Positions 1 through 6,965 of a DNA stretch of 38,410 nt are shown here, piece after piece; within the stretch, counting starts at the first letter, position 1, and every line of letters starts with the position of its first letter. The position numbers and the translations under genes are program-made. The notes below the pieces were generated by a model. The model made no database searches. It saw only the letters and a list, made by a program, of their open reading frames with translations, and was not told the DNA's origin. This DNA comes from a virus (lineage: Duplodnaviria; Caudoviricetes): positions 1 through 38,410 of the IMG/VR virus record IMGVR_UViG_3300033475_001784; one strand, 5' to 3'.

Positions 1-43
1 ATGAACAGCGTGCCGTGCGACGAAGAATTGCGTGAATCGGGAG

Positions 44-60
44 TGGTGCCCGGAACCGGA
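44..60 (-). other. att core matching a tRNA 3' end (probably tRNA-Leu); host-prophage junction
   Basis: Minus strand reads TCCGGTTCCGGGCACCA (3' T-stem, acceptor stem, ACCA); the two repeat copies diverge just outside it. Confidence 0.8.
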
Positions 61-98
61 AACATCATGCTAGCACTGGCGCGGCCTGTAGGCTTTTG

Positions 99-117
99 TG
101 GGTGAATTTTGGGGAAT
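99..117 (+). promoter_or_regulatory. Putative integrase arm-type sites
   Basis: TGGGTGAAT at 99 and TGGGGAAT at 110, 11 bp apart; the same motif pair lies on the other att arm at 38157 and 38168. Confidence 0.6.
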
Positions 118-130
118 CCCATGCGTCCTA

Positions 131-541
131 TTACTTCTTCTCCGCCGCCTTTCTCGCCATCTCCTTGTCGTATTCCTTGGCCTTTTCAGCCAGATCGATC
201 GACACCCATTCCGGATAATCTCGCGCCAGGATAACGACGTGCCATGTTTGGGCAACGGAAATTTTGGAATGGTCGTCAAAATAAAAGCCGGAAACGCGCA
301 TCCAGTCGCGATCCATGATGACAATGGATGCATCCCATACATACGGCAGAATTGGCTCGCCCATGCCGCCGGCCTCGATTGGGAGCGTAAGTTGCGCTCT
401 TCTCATCGTCCGGTGGAATACTTCGTGGTTGCACGGTTCCAGCCTAAAGGTTCCCTCGTGCCACTGCTTTTGCGTGCGCCCAATCCGGTAATTCGGCACC
501 AACATACCGTTTTCCCATAGCTCTGTAACTCGACAATACAT
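131..541 (-). CDS. Hypothetical protein, probably SOS-regulated (136 aa)
   Basis: AGGTG RBS upstream; adjacent to a LexA box; divergent from the SRAP gene. Confidence 0.7.
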   Translation of the reverse strand: MYCRVTELWENGMLVPNYRIGRTQKQWHEGTFRLEPCNHEVFHRTMRRAQLTLPIEAGGMGEPILPYVWDASIVIMDRDWMRVSGFYFDDHSKISVAQTWHVVILARDYPEWVSIDLAEKAKEYDKEMARKAAEKK

Positions 542-553
542 GCTGCACCTATA

Positions 554-569
554 CTGTATGGATGTACAG
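554..569. promoter_or_regulatory. LexA (SOS) box
   Basis: CTGT-ATGGATGT-ACAG inside a perfect 11-bp inverted repeat CCTATACTGTA/TACAGTATAGG (548-575). Confidence 0.88.
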
Positions 570-620
570 TATAGGCGAACTCGCCCGATCCGTTAAAGTC
601 CCATCGAAAACGGGGGATTT

Positions 621-1310
621 ATGTGTGGTCGAATTTCACAGCACCAAGACATCATTGACTACTACAAGGGGCTCGGCCTGCCGCCTATTGAGATCGAGGA
701 TAAGGTGGGGCCACCGCGCCGGTTCAACGTATCGCCGGGAACGAATGTCATGGCAATTCACAGCTTAGGAGACGCCATAAGGGCCGATGCGATCCGTTGG
801 GGCTATCACACCAAATGGGCAAAGGAGAAGAAGATCCCTCCAGCGGTGAACGCCACGATTGAGAAGGCGAAGACGGGGTATTGGGCGGGATTGTGGAAGA
901 CGGGCCGGGCTATTGTTCCAGCGGATGGATGGTATGAGTGGACTGGCGAAAAGGGAGACAAACAGCCATGGTTCATCAAACACAAGTCCGGCGGCTCGAT
1001 CTACATTGCGGCGCTGACGGGGTACAGACCGAGCGCCGAGGGCGAGCAGCCTCATGGCGGCATGGCGCTTGTGACGACCGAATCAGCGGGCGGCATGCTC
1101 GATGTCCACGACCGCAGGCCGATCGTACTCACAGCAGAAGACGCCAAGATATGGATCGATCTGTCGTGGTCAGCAGAACAGATGCTGGAGCTAGTCCGCG
1201 CGTCTGCCCTGCCTCCTGATGCTTTCGAGTGGTACAAGGTGACACGAGATGTCAATAAGTCCGGGAATCAATCACCGGCAATGGTGGAGCCTTTAGCCGT
1301 CTCTGAGTGA
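621..1310 (+). CDS. SOS response-associated peptidase (SRAP; YedK/HMCES-like abasic-site protein)
   Basis: N-terminal MCGR, RFNVSPG, PADGWYEW, KQPWFI, VHDRRPI and VTRDVN motifs. Confidence 0.93.
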   Translation: MCGRISQHQDIIDYYKGLGLPPIEIEDKVGPPRRFNVSPGTNVMAIHSLGDAIRADAIRWGYHTKWAKEKKIPPAVNATIEKAKTGYWAGLWKTGRAIVPADGWYEWTGEKGDKQPWFIKHKSGGSIYIAALTGYRPSAEGEQPHGGMALVTTESAGGMLDVHDRRPIVLTAEDAKIWIDLSWSAEQMLELVRASALPPDAFEWYKVTRDVNKSGNQSPAMVEPLAVSE

Positions 1311-1486
1311 AGCATCTTCAGTACCGTTTCTGCGGCCTCTGCTGAAGGCTTGGCGTCTATCAACAGGCAATAGACCATCTCGCCCGTCTTCTTTCCGCAA
1401 TCGCATACCGCCTGGACGGTGGACCATCCTACGGCCGCATGACGGAAGATGAGGTAGGTGTGGCAATCCACCATTTTTTCTTGCAT
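1268..1486 (-). CDS. Possible small hypothetical protein (72 aa)
   Basis: Fills the gap between SRAP and the lipoprotein gene; AAGGA upstream; overlaps the SRAP 3' end by 43 bp. Confidence 0.3.
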   Translation of the reverse strand: MQEKMVDCHTYLIFRHAAVGWSTVQAVCDCGKKTGEMVYCLLIDAKPSAEAAETVLKMLHSETAKGSTIAGD

Positions 1487-1580
1487 ACCACGCATTCCTT
1501 TTGTGTAATTGGTCACAACCGCCCCACTCGACGCTAAAATCCGGCAAAATCACAGCCGGCTTCAATCACTCAGCGCAACA

Positions 1581-2477
1581 ATGCATAACTACAAAGCGTT
1601 ATTGGTCATCGCCCTGCTATTAGCTGGTTGCGGGAAAGGCGACAAAGGTGCTGCACTACATCCCAACGACCTTCCGGTTGCATTCGCCCTTGTCGACAAT
1701 GTGTCGCAACGCCTTGAACCGCTAGATCGCAAGGCGAGACCTCTGCCGAACGTATTGGTCATTAAGCCAGGTACTTATTCCATTGATGGGCAGACGTACC
1801 ATCTCAAAGAAGGGCTATTCCGCCTGTTCCGCCCCGGTCATAGCGGTGAGCAGCGCATTGTTTACCAGCACGATAAAAAGCTGCTTCTGGAATCACTGAC
1901 GTGGATAAAGTCGCATGGGGACATCAACGACGACCTGTTTCTGGAACAGCTCCTGTCGCGAGCAAAAACTCACAAGCTAGTGATTACCTGCGGAACGACT
2001 TCGAAGCTGTTTAAAGAGATTCTGAAAGATGTTGGCATCGAGTCGCGCATCGTCTCTACCGTAACGCTCGAAAAGTTGAACGGCTACGACAACGGCCACA
2101 CCATGTTGGAAGTAAATGTAGATGGCAAATGGGTGTTGTACGACTTCGATAACAATATCTACTTTTACAAGGGACACCCACTGTCATTTATAGAATTCAT
2201 TCGGGCGCAAGGCGACTATGATATGAAACCAATATCTAACGCCCCTGTGCTGACGGTAGATCGAGGAAAGGAAGACACCACGTTCTACTCAGAAGCTATT
2301 AACAGCAGCCTCAAGGGGTGGATCGCTCGCATAGATGACGTTGGCCTAATAGAGAGCGAGGGATATTTTTATTTCCCCGACATTCCAGAACGTGACCGGG
2401 TGGAAAGCTATTCCAATATCTATAAGCCGATGCCGCGAGACGAGTTCATGCGCACGTTTTATCCAGATCAGCACTAA
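1581..2477 (+). CDS. Lipoprotein with transglutaminase-like (Cys-His-Asp) domain; moron
   Basis: MHNYKALLVIALLLAGC lipobox; ITCG, NGHTMLEV and KWVLYD motifs; opposite strand to the late genes; paralogue of 4579-5301. Confidence 0.85.
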   Translation: MHNYKALLVIALLLAGCGKGDKGAALHPNDLPVAFALVDNVSQRLEPLDRKARPLPNVLVIKPGTYSIDGQTYHLKEGLFRLFRPGHSGEQRIVYQHDKKLLLESLTWIKSHGDINDDLFLEQLLSRAKTHKLVITCGTTSKLFKEILKDVGIESRIVSTVTLEKLNGYDNGHTMLEVNVDGKWVLYDFDNNIYFYKGHPLSFIEFIRAQGDYDMKPISNAPVLTVDRGKEDTTFYSEAINSSLKGWIARIDDVGLIESEGYFYFPDIPERDRVESYSNIYKPMPRDEFMRTFYPDQH

Positions 2478-2480
2478 TCG

Positions 2481-3245
2481 TCATTGATCCACGTACTTGT
2501 CCTTGAGGTAGTGCAACGGCACCCAGCACTCATCGAATTCCCCGTCGCTGACGTTATGCAGCATCAACACGCCATGCCAGTGTTTATTCCCCTGCGGCCC
2601 TAAGTAATCCTGCGGCTCGTCGTAGCATGATCCTGCGATGATGGAAGTGATTTGCTTCCCATCTGCCCGATAGGCAGTAGCACATTGCCGCCCTTGCTGA
2701 TGTCCTGCGATGCAAGACATATGCTTCTTATTGAGCTGCGCCTGAGCGGTACTTGCCGCTTGTCCTTTGGTGCCTGTGATGAAGAAGTGCGAGAACGCAA
2801 TACCTTCAATGACTATTACTTCGAGGTATGGAATTACCTCCCAGTCCTTTTCGTATTGCAGATCCTCGATACCAATCGTTCCATCAAGCATCGGCTCATT
2901 ATTGATCGCCCGCAGGATGCGTTCTTCGTGGTTCCCGAGCGTCAGCACCATGCGCGGCTTGTACTGCTTCTTTCGGTTCCGCTCCCGCTGCGCGTTGTAT
3001 TCCTTCATGGGGCCGAGCAGAGCAGCCATGCCTTCATGCGCGGCCTGGATGTCGGCCTTGTACCGCCTGCCCTCGAATGACTTTTTGCCCTTGTCGTATG
3101 AAGACAGCGATGGCATATCTGCAAAGTCTCCGGCGTGAACAATGACATCGGGCTTCTTGGCTACGATGTACTTGCCGATAGCGCGGAGAAAGGCAAAGTC
3201 GTTGCCGGGCTTACATTGAGAGTCGGGGATGAACAGGATTTTCAT
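2481..3245 (-). CDS. Calcineurin-like metallophosphoesterase
   Basis: IPDSQ, GDFAD, GNHE, FSH and GHQQ motifs; ATGA overlap with the upstream gene. Confidence 0.88.
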   Translation of the reverse strand: MKILFIPDSQCKPGNDFAFLRAIGKYIVAKKPDVIVHAGDFADMPSLSSYDKGKKSFEGRRYKADIQAAHEGMAALLGPMKEYNAQRERNRKKQYKPRMVLTLGNHEERILRAINNEPMLDGTIGIEDLQYEKDWEVIPYLEVIVIEGIAFSHFFITGTKGQAASTAQAQLNKKHMSCIAGHQQGRQCATAYRADGKQITSIIAGSCYDEPQDYLGPQGNKHWHGVLMLHNVSDGEFDECWVPLHYLKDKYVDQ

Positions 3246-3439
3246 TGTTCTGGCCCCTTGTATTCGCCGCACCAGTCGTCAGGGCTGACAACTGGATACG
3301 TGCAATCAAACTCGGATTCGCCAGCCAGAGGCATAGGTGGGTAACGTCGACAGAAACCAGCGTCCGCTCTACTTTCCATGAGCACGAAGCGGCAGGTCTG
3401 ACAAGCCTCCGCAATCGTCGGCTTTGCTTTCTTGACCAT
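3242..3439 (-). CDS. Small four-Cys metal-binding protein (65 aa)
   Basis: CQTC...FCRRYPP...VSPDDWCGEY; GAGG RBS; coupled to the phosphoesterase gene. Confidence 0.75.
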   Translation of the reverse strand: MVKKAKPTIAEACQTCRFVLMESRADAGFCRRYPPMPLAGESEFDCTYPVVSPDDWCGEYKGPEQ

Positions 3440-3450
3440 GTACGCCCTCA

Positions 3451-3912
3451 CTAAAACAAATTTCGTTCCGCCGTCCTGCGCAGCACTAGGCCCCGCAGAA
3501 CACGGCCACCGCCGCGAATCCACTTCATTATTTCGACCTTTGCAGACTCCCAATCGCCCTCGTTCACGCGCCGGCGTAAGGTCGATTGCCGCAGGCGGCC
3601 CGTACCAAGGTTGAAAGCGAAGTCGATCAGAGCGGCGAGGCGTTCCGGCGTTTCGACATGCGGACACAGCTTTAAGACCGCTGGCAGATATACGTTGCAG
3701 ACCATCCAGTGAAGCAGCGCCTCTGCGCGCTCCTTGGTGATCGCAGCATCATTAAGAGTTACAGCGCGGCCGTCCTCGTAGTACGTTGCCCCGTATCCAA
3801 TGGAGGGGACGCCGGCAGCGCAAAGGTACGGATGAAGGATTAACCCCTCGAAACGGCGCGCGAGAGATGCGGCAACCTCGATTGCTAATTGCTCGAAGTC
3901 GGCTCTCGTCAT
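3451..3912 (-). CDS. Endolysin, GH24 phage lysozyme
   Basis: FEG...PYLCAAGVPSIGYG, ALIDFAFNLG, STL and LRGLVLRRTAE motifs. Confidence 0.93.
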   Translation of the reverse strand: MTRADFEQLAIEVAASLARRFEGLILHPYLCAAGVPSIGYGATYYEDGRAVTLNDAAITKERAEALLHWMVCNVYLPAVLKLCPHVETPERLAALIDFAFNLGTGRLRQSTLRRRVNEGDWESAKVEIMKWIRGGGRVLRGLVLRRTAERNLF

Positions 3913-4376
3913 TTGCCGCGCTTCAGCAGTTGGCGATCAGCGACGAAGATGCCGAGTGCAGCGCCAATGATTGCCCATACCTGATCGTCAATCTTCCAAT
4001 CAAGTGCGGCGACATAGCGGACGATGAGAAAGATGCAGACTGTGGCCAATGCCGGGCGGATGCTCGCATTCCATGCGTCCACCCATTTGACGCCGGTTAT
4101 GCGTCCGGTCAATTCGACAGCCGTATTGAATCCCTCTGCCGCTAACTTATCGAGATCGACCTCCCCCTGCACTCGGATCGTCTGCACGCCAAGCCCTGCC
4201 TGAGTCTTGATCGCTTCTAAATTGCGCGCTTGCTGCTCGGCGTCCAGTCTGCCTTGCAGCTCCATCCGGGACATTTCTTGTTCGTGATCGATCTTCTTAT
4301 TGAAGAAGGACATGATTTCACCGAACAGCATGCGGAAGGCATTTCCGCCCAAGAATGAAAGTAACGCAGTAATCAT
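3909..4376 (-). CDS. Putative holin (3-TM, GTA-holin-like)
   Basis: Hydrophobic N-terminus, coiled coil, WVDAWNASIRP, two C-terminal TM segments and a basic tail; overlaps the endolysin start. Confidence 0.7.
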   Translation of the reverse strand: MITALLSFLGGNAFRMLFGEIMSFFNKKIDHEQEMSRMELQGRLDAEQQARNLEAIKTQAGLGVQTIRVQGEVDLDKLAAEGFNTAVELTGRITGVKWVDAWNASIRPALATVCIFLIVRYVAALDWKIDDQVWAIIGAALGIFVADRQLLKRGK

Positions 4377-4546
4377 TTGCTCCACCCCTGTCCTTTCAGC
4401 GCGAGATAAACCGCCCCTGCAAAGGCAGCCGCCATCAATCCGCCAAACGTCCATTTGCCGAGCTGCGCAAACTTGGCTTCGAGCCATTCACTAATTGCCT
4501 CCTTGATGGCCTCTTTCCACACTTCCTTGTCTACGTTCTCGGGCAT
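4373..4546 (-). CDS. Small single-TM lysis-module protein (57 aa), absent from the ORF track
   Basis: Hand translation MPENVDKEVWKEAIKEAISEWLEAKFAQLGKWTFGGLMAAAFAGAVYLALKGQGWSK; AAGGA RBS; ATGA overlap with the holin gene. Confidence 0.8.
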   Translation of the reverse strand: MPENVDKEVWKEAIKEAISEWLEAKFAQLGKWTFGGLMAAAFAGAVYLALKGQGWSK

Positions 4547-4578
4547 CACGATTCCTTGGTTCAGTTAAACAAATGGGG

Positions 4579-5301
4579 TCAGACAAACGCCTGGAAGATG
4601 CGGCGATACCATGCTTCGGCGTCCGCTGGGGTATTGAGCGTGCGCTCCCAATACAGGCCCAGGTCGAGAGAACCGGCGCAGTCATTCGTGTATTTGTTGT
4701 CATAGTCGAGCTTGACCAGCTCAGGAAATGCGCCGTTGTTCGCAATTGCGGCCATAAAGTCGGCGCAGGAAAGATGCTTGCCGGTCGCGTCCTTGAAATA
4801 ACAACCGCCGGTCATGTCCCACATGCGCCAATCGGCGCCATGCTTGGTTTCGACGATAAGATGTCCGTCGTCGTAACCATTTGTCGCTTGCAATGTCTTG
4901 ACATTCAACACGCGCGCCTGCACGCCCAGTTGCGGCATGAGCCAAGCGACCATGCCAGCGATAAATCCACAGCGTGCCGACCATTTACGCGTACGGCCTG
5001 CGTTCGCCATGACCTGGTAATCGCCTTCAGTTTGAGTGCCATGGACATGGTTCCAACTAATGCCGCTAATGACGGCGTATACATCGAGAGATGCGCCAGC
5101 GGCATAGACGACACGGTTGATGAAACTGCCTGCCGTGTTAAACCAGCGATACAGCCCTTGCCGCGTGCAGTCGTAGCTCACGCCATTGACGATGTATGTC
5201 CCCGGCACCATGAATGCCGATCCGGTCGGCAATGCAACGCCGCCTGTGGTTACAGGAATGTCCGAAACTTCATCAAAGCACATGTATTTAGGGCCTAGCA
5301 T
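4579..5301 (-). CDS. Transglutaminase-like (Cys-His-Asp) protein coupled to the tail fibre gene
   Basis: ARCG, DGHLIVE and WRMWD motifs; TAATG overlap with the tail fibre gene; no signal peptide. Confidence 0.82.
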   Translation of the reverse strand: MLGPKYMCFDEVSDIPVTTGGVALPTGSAFMVPGTYIVNGVSYDCTRQGLYRWFNTAGSFINRVVYAAGASLDVYAVISGISWNHVHGTQTEGDYQVMANAGRTRKWSARCGFIAGMVAWLMPQLGVQARVLNVKTLQATNGYDDGHLIVETKHGADWRMWDMTGGCYFKDATGKHLSCADFMAAIANNGAFPELVKLDYDNKYTNDCAGSLDLGLYWERTLNTPADAEAWYRRIFQAFV

Positions 5302-6800
5302 TACGCGTCCTTTCCACGGGTATCAATCCAGCCAAGAGTGGCAATTCTCAAAACAGCAGTTCCGCTTACGGATGGGATGCCGGTAAGCCGCGAACGAATT
5401 TGAGCTGATGTATTGGTACGAACTTCGCGGTAGTTGATGCCGCCGTTTGCGTTGCTCGCAGCCGAAACGGAGCTACCCAAGGGGGCAGCAGTAGAACTTG
5501 GCGCTTGGTCTGATACAGCCAAGTCGCTGAAGTAAGGGATGATCTGATTGGCGTTCGATGGCTCGTAAGCGCCGTAGTTGAAACGCGCCACGACGTTCAC
5601 ACCTGTCGGCACGCTAAGCGTGCGGGTAACAGCAGTTGAGCCAGGGCCGGCGACATCCACATCCAATACAGGGACATCCCATTGGAACGAATCGCCGTCT
5701 TGAATAAACTTCGTCCATTGTGCCGAACCGTTTGTCTTTCCAGAGCCGATGCGGCGGTATTGCGTGTAATTCATCGGGAGTGTCGGAGAACTCGCCGAGG
5801 TGGAGAAGCAAACATCGACTACGCCGGTATCCGGGCGTCGAATCGCGTAAAAGTGATACCAGGTGCTATTCGCAATCGTGCCGGTATCAAGACCGCCATT
5901 TCCACTACCAACAGCCCACGATGAGGTTGTCTTGCTGATCGACGCGGCTAGACTCATCAGCACAGCGTTTGTGCTGTCTGCCGCCTGCCCTGCGGCAATG
6001 GACATGGTTGCGGATGAGCCAGCAGTACTCATCGTTAGGCCTGACAGATACGAACGTGGCGGCGCAGACACAACCGACAGCCCATCCTTGCGAACAATCT
6101 CCACTGCAAAAGTCGTCGTAGTAACGGCGGTGATGATCCATTTATCGCCCGCTGCGGCCGCGGCATTCGCACTACCCTGCACAGCGATATTGCCGGCATT
6201 CGTAATGATTGTTCCCGCCGCCGGATAGACTTCTCGCTGCGCGCCGGCTTGCGGTGCCGCAGGGAAGTCCGTAATGGTCGGCGTGCCTGTCCAGTCTTGG
6301 ACATTGCCGTTGCTTGGAATCCAGAGCGGCGTAGCAGTCGCGGTGGCTGCTACTGTGGCGCGTTTCGAATTAAGCGCTGTAGTCAGGTTCGGCATGAGCG
6401 AAGTCCGCAATTGCGCAACTGATGCCGACGACAAAACAAGCTCGTACCATTGATTCGCGACGATTTCGCCACCGACGCATGCAGCGCCGCCGACTTGAAT
6501 TGCAATAGCGGTCAGACCGGAAACTGCGACAGTCACTGCTCCGGTGTTCGTGCTTGCGGCTTTAAACGCAAACGTCTGACCGGCAGCGTAGGCGGTAATT
6601 GCCGGCGATGGCGTCAACGTCAGTGCATTAGCGGTGCCGCCGGCAGTGCCGCACCATGTATTCGAGCCTTCTGCAAGTTGCTTGATGAAGGCAAAGACTG
6701 TGCGCAGGTAATCATCGACTGACGATGGCGTTTCGCTACCAGCAGGAGAATTGCTGGCCGGCGTCGTGGATAAATCCGTGATTGAGCTTGGTACGGGCAT
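5301..6800 (-). CDS. Tail fibre / receptor-binding protein
   Basis: Ala/Thr/Ser/Gly-rich; virion-anchor-like N-terminus; AGGTANALTLT, STWYHFYAI and YTQYRRIGS fibre-like segments; last large structural gene before lysis. Confidence 0.82.
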   Translation of the reverse strand: MPVPSSITDLSTTPASNSPAGSETPSSVDDYLRTVFAFIKQLAEGSNTWCGTAGGTANALTLTPSPAITAYAAGQTFAFKAASTNTGAVTVAVSGLTAIAIQVGGAACVGGEIVANQWYELVLSSASVAQLRTSLMPNLTTALNSKRATVAATATATPLWIPSNGNVQDWTGTPTITDFPAAPQAGAQREVYPAAGTIITNAGNIAVQGSANAAAAAGDKWIITAVTTTTFAVEIVRKDGLSVVSAPPRSYLSGLTMSTAGSSATMSIAAGQAADSTNAVLMSLAASISKTTSSWAVGSGNGGLDTGTIANSTWYHFYAIRRPDTGVVDVCFSTSASSPTLPMNYTQYRRIGSGKTNGSAQWTKFIQDGDSFQWDVPVLDVDVAGPGSTAVTRTLSVPTGVNVVARFNYGAYEPSNANQIIPYFSDLAVSDQAPSSTAAPLGSSVSAASNANGGINYREVRTNTSAQIRSRLTGIPSVSGTAVLRIATLGWIDTRGKDA

Positions 6801-6815
6801 TTTTGCTCCTGCAAA

Positions 6816-6850
6816 TGAAAAGGCCCGCGCCTATTACTAGGGCGGGCCTT
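6816..6850 (-). terminator. Intrinsic terminator upstream of the tail fibre gene
   Basis: Minus strand AAGGCCCGC...GCGGGCCTT hairpin followed by TTCATTT. Confidence 0.6.
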
Positions 6851-6887
6851 GCGGGTGTGTATAATTGGTTACTACTTCGAGGTGCGT

Positions 6888-6965
6888 ATGAACTACGATC
6901 CGATTCAGTTGGGGGCCTTACTGGCCTTCATCATTAATGCTTGGCTGTATTCACGGCGCAAGTAA
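6888..6965 (+). CDS. 25-aa single-TM peptide, antisense moron
   Basis: MNYDPIQLGALLAFIINAWLYSRRK; GAGGTG RBS; perfect TATAAT at 6860-6865. Confidence 0.68.
   Translation: MNYDPIQLGALLAFIINAWLYSRRK

Larger units (their letters stand above)
43..167 (+). repeat. 125-bp direct repeat, left copy
   Basis: Identical to 38286-38410; the preceding bases differ between the copies. Confidence 0.97.

Noticed and set aside
43-167. Virion terminal repeat interpretation of the 125-bp repeat
   Set aside because: The repeat starts at the att core, follows 42 non-repeated bases and cuts through an ORF; junction and assembly overlap explain it better.
1509-1580. Long N-terminal extensions in the ORF track (also terL, holin, cI, 3242-3667, 28719)
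   Set aside because: Downstream ATGs fit RBS, signal peptide or gene overlaps better, so starts were trimmed.
1581-2477. Lipoprotein as a spanin
   Set aside because: Opposite strand to the lysis genes, carries an enzymatic domain, and has no C-terminal TM.
4573-5298. 241-aa plus-strand ORF
   Set aside because: Mirrors the transglutaminase-like gene, which has motifs, a paralogue and operon coupling.
5301-6800. Diversity-generating retroelement or invertible tail fibre
   Set aside because: No reverse transcriptase, invertase or template/variable repeat seen.
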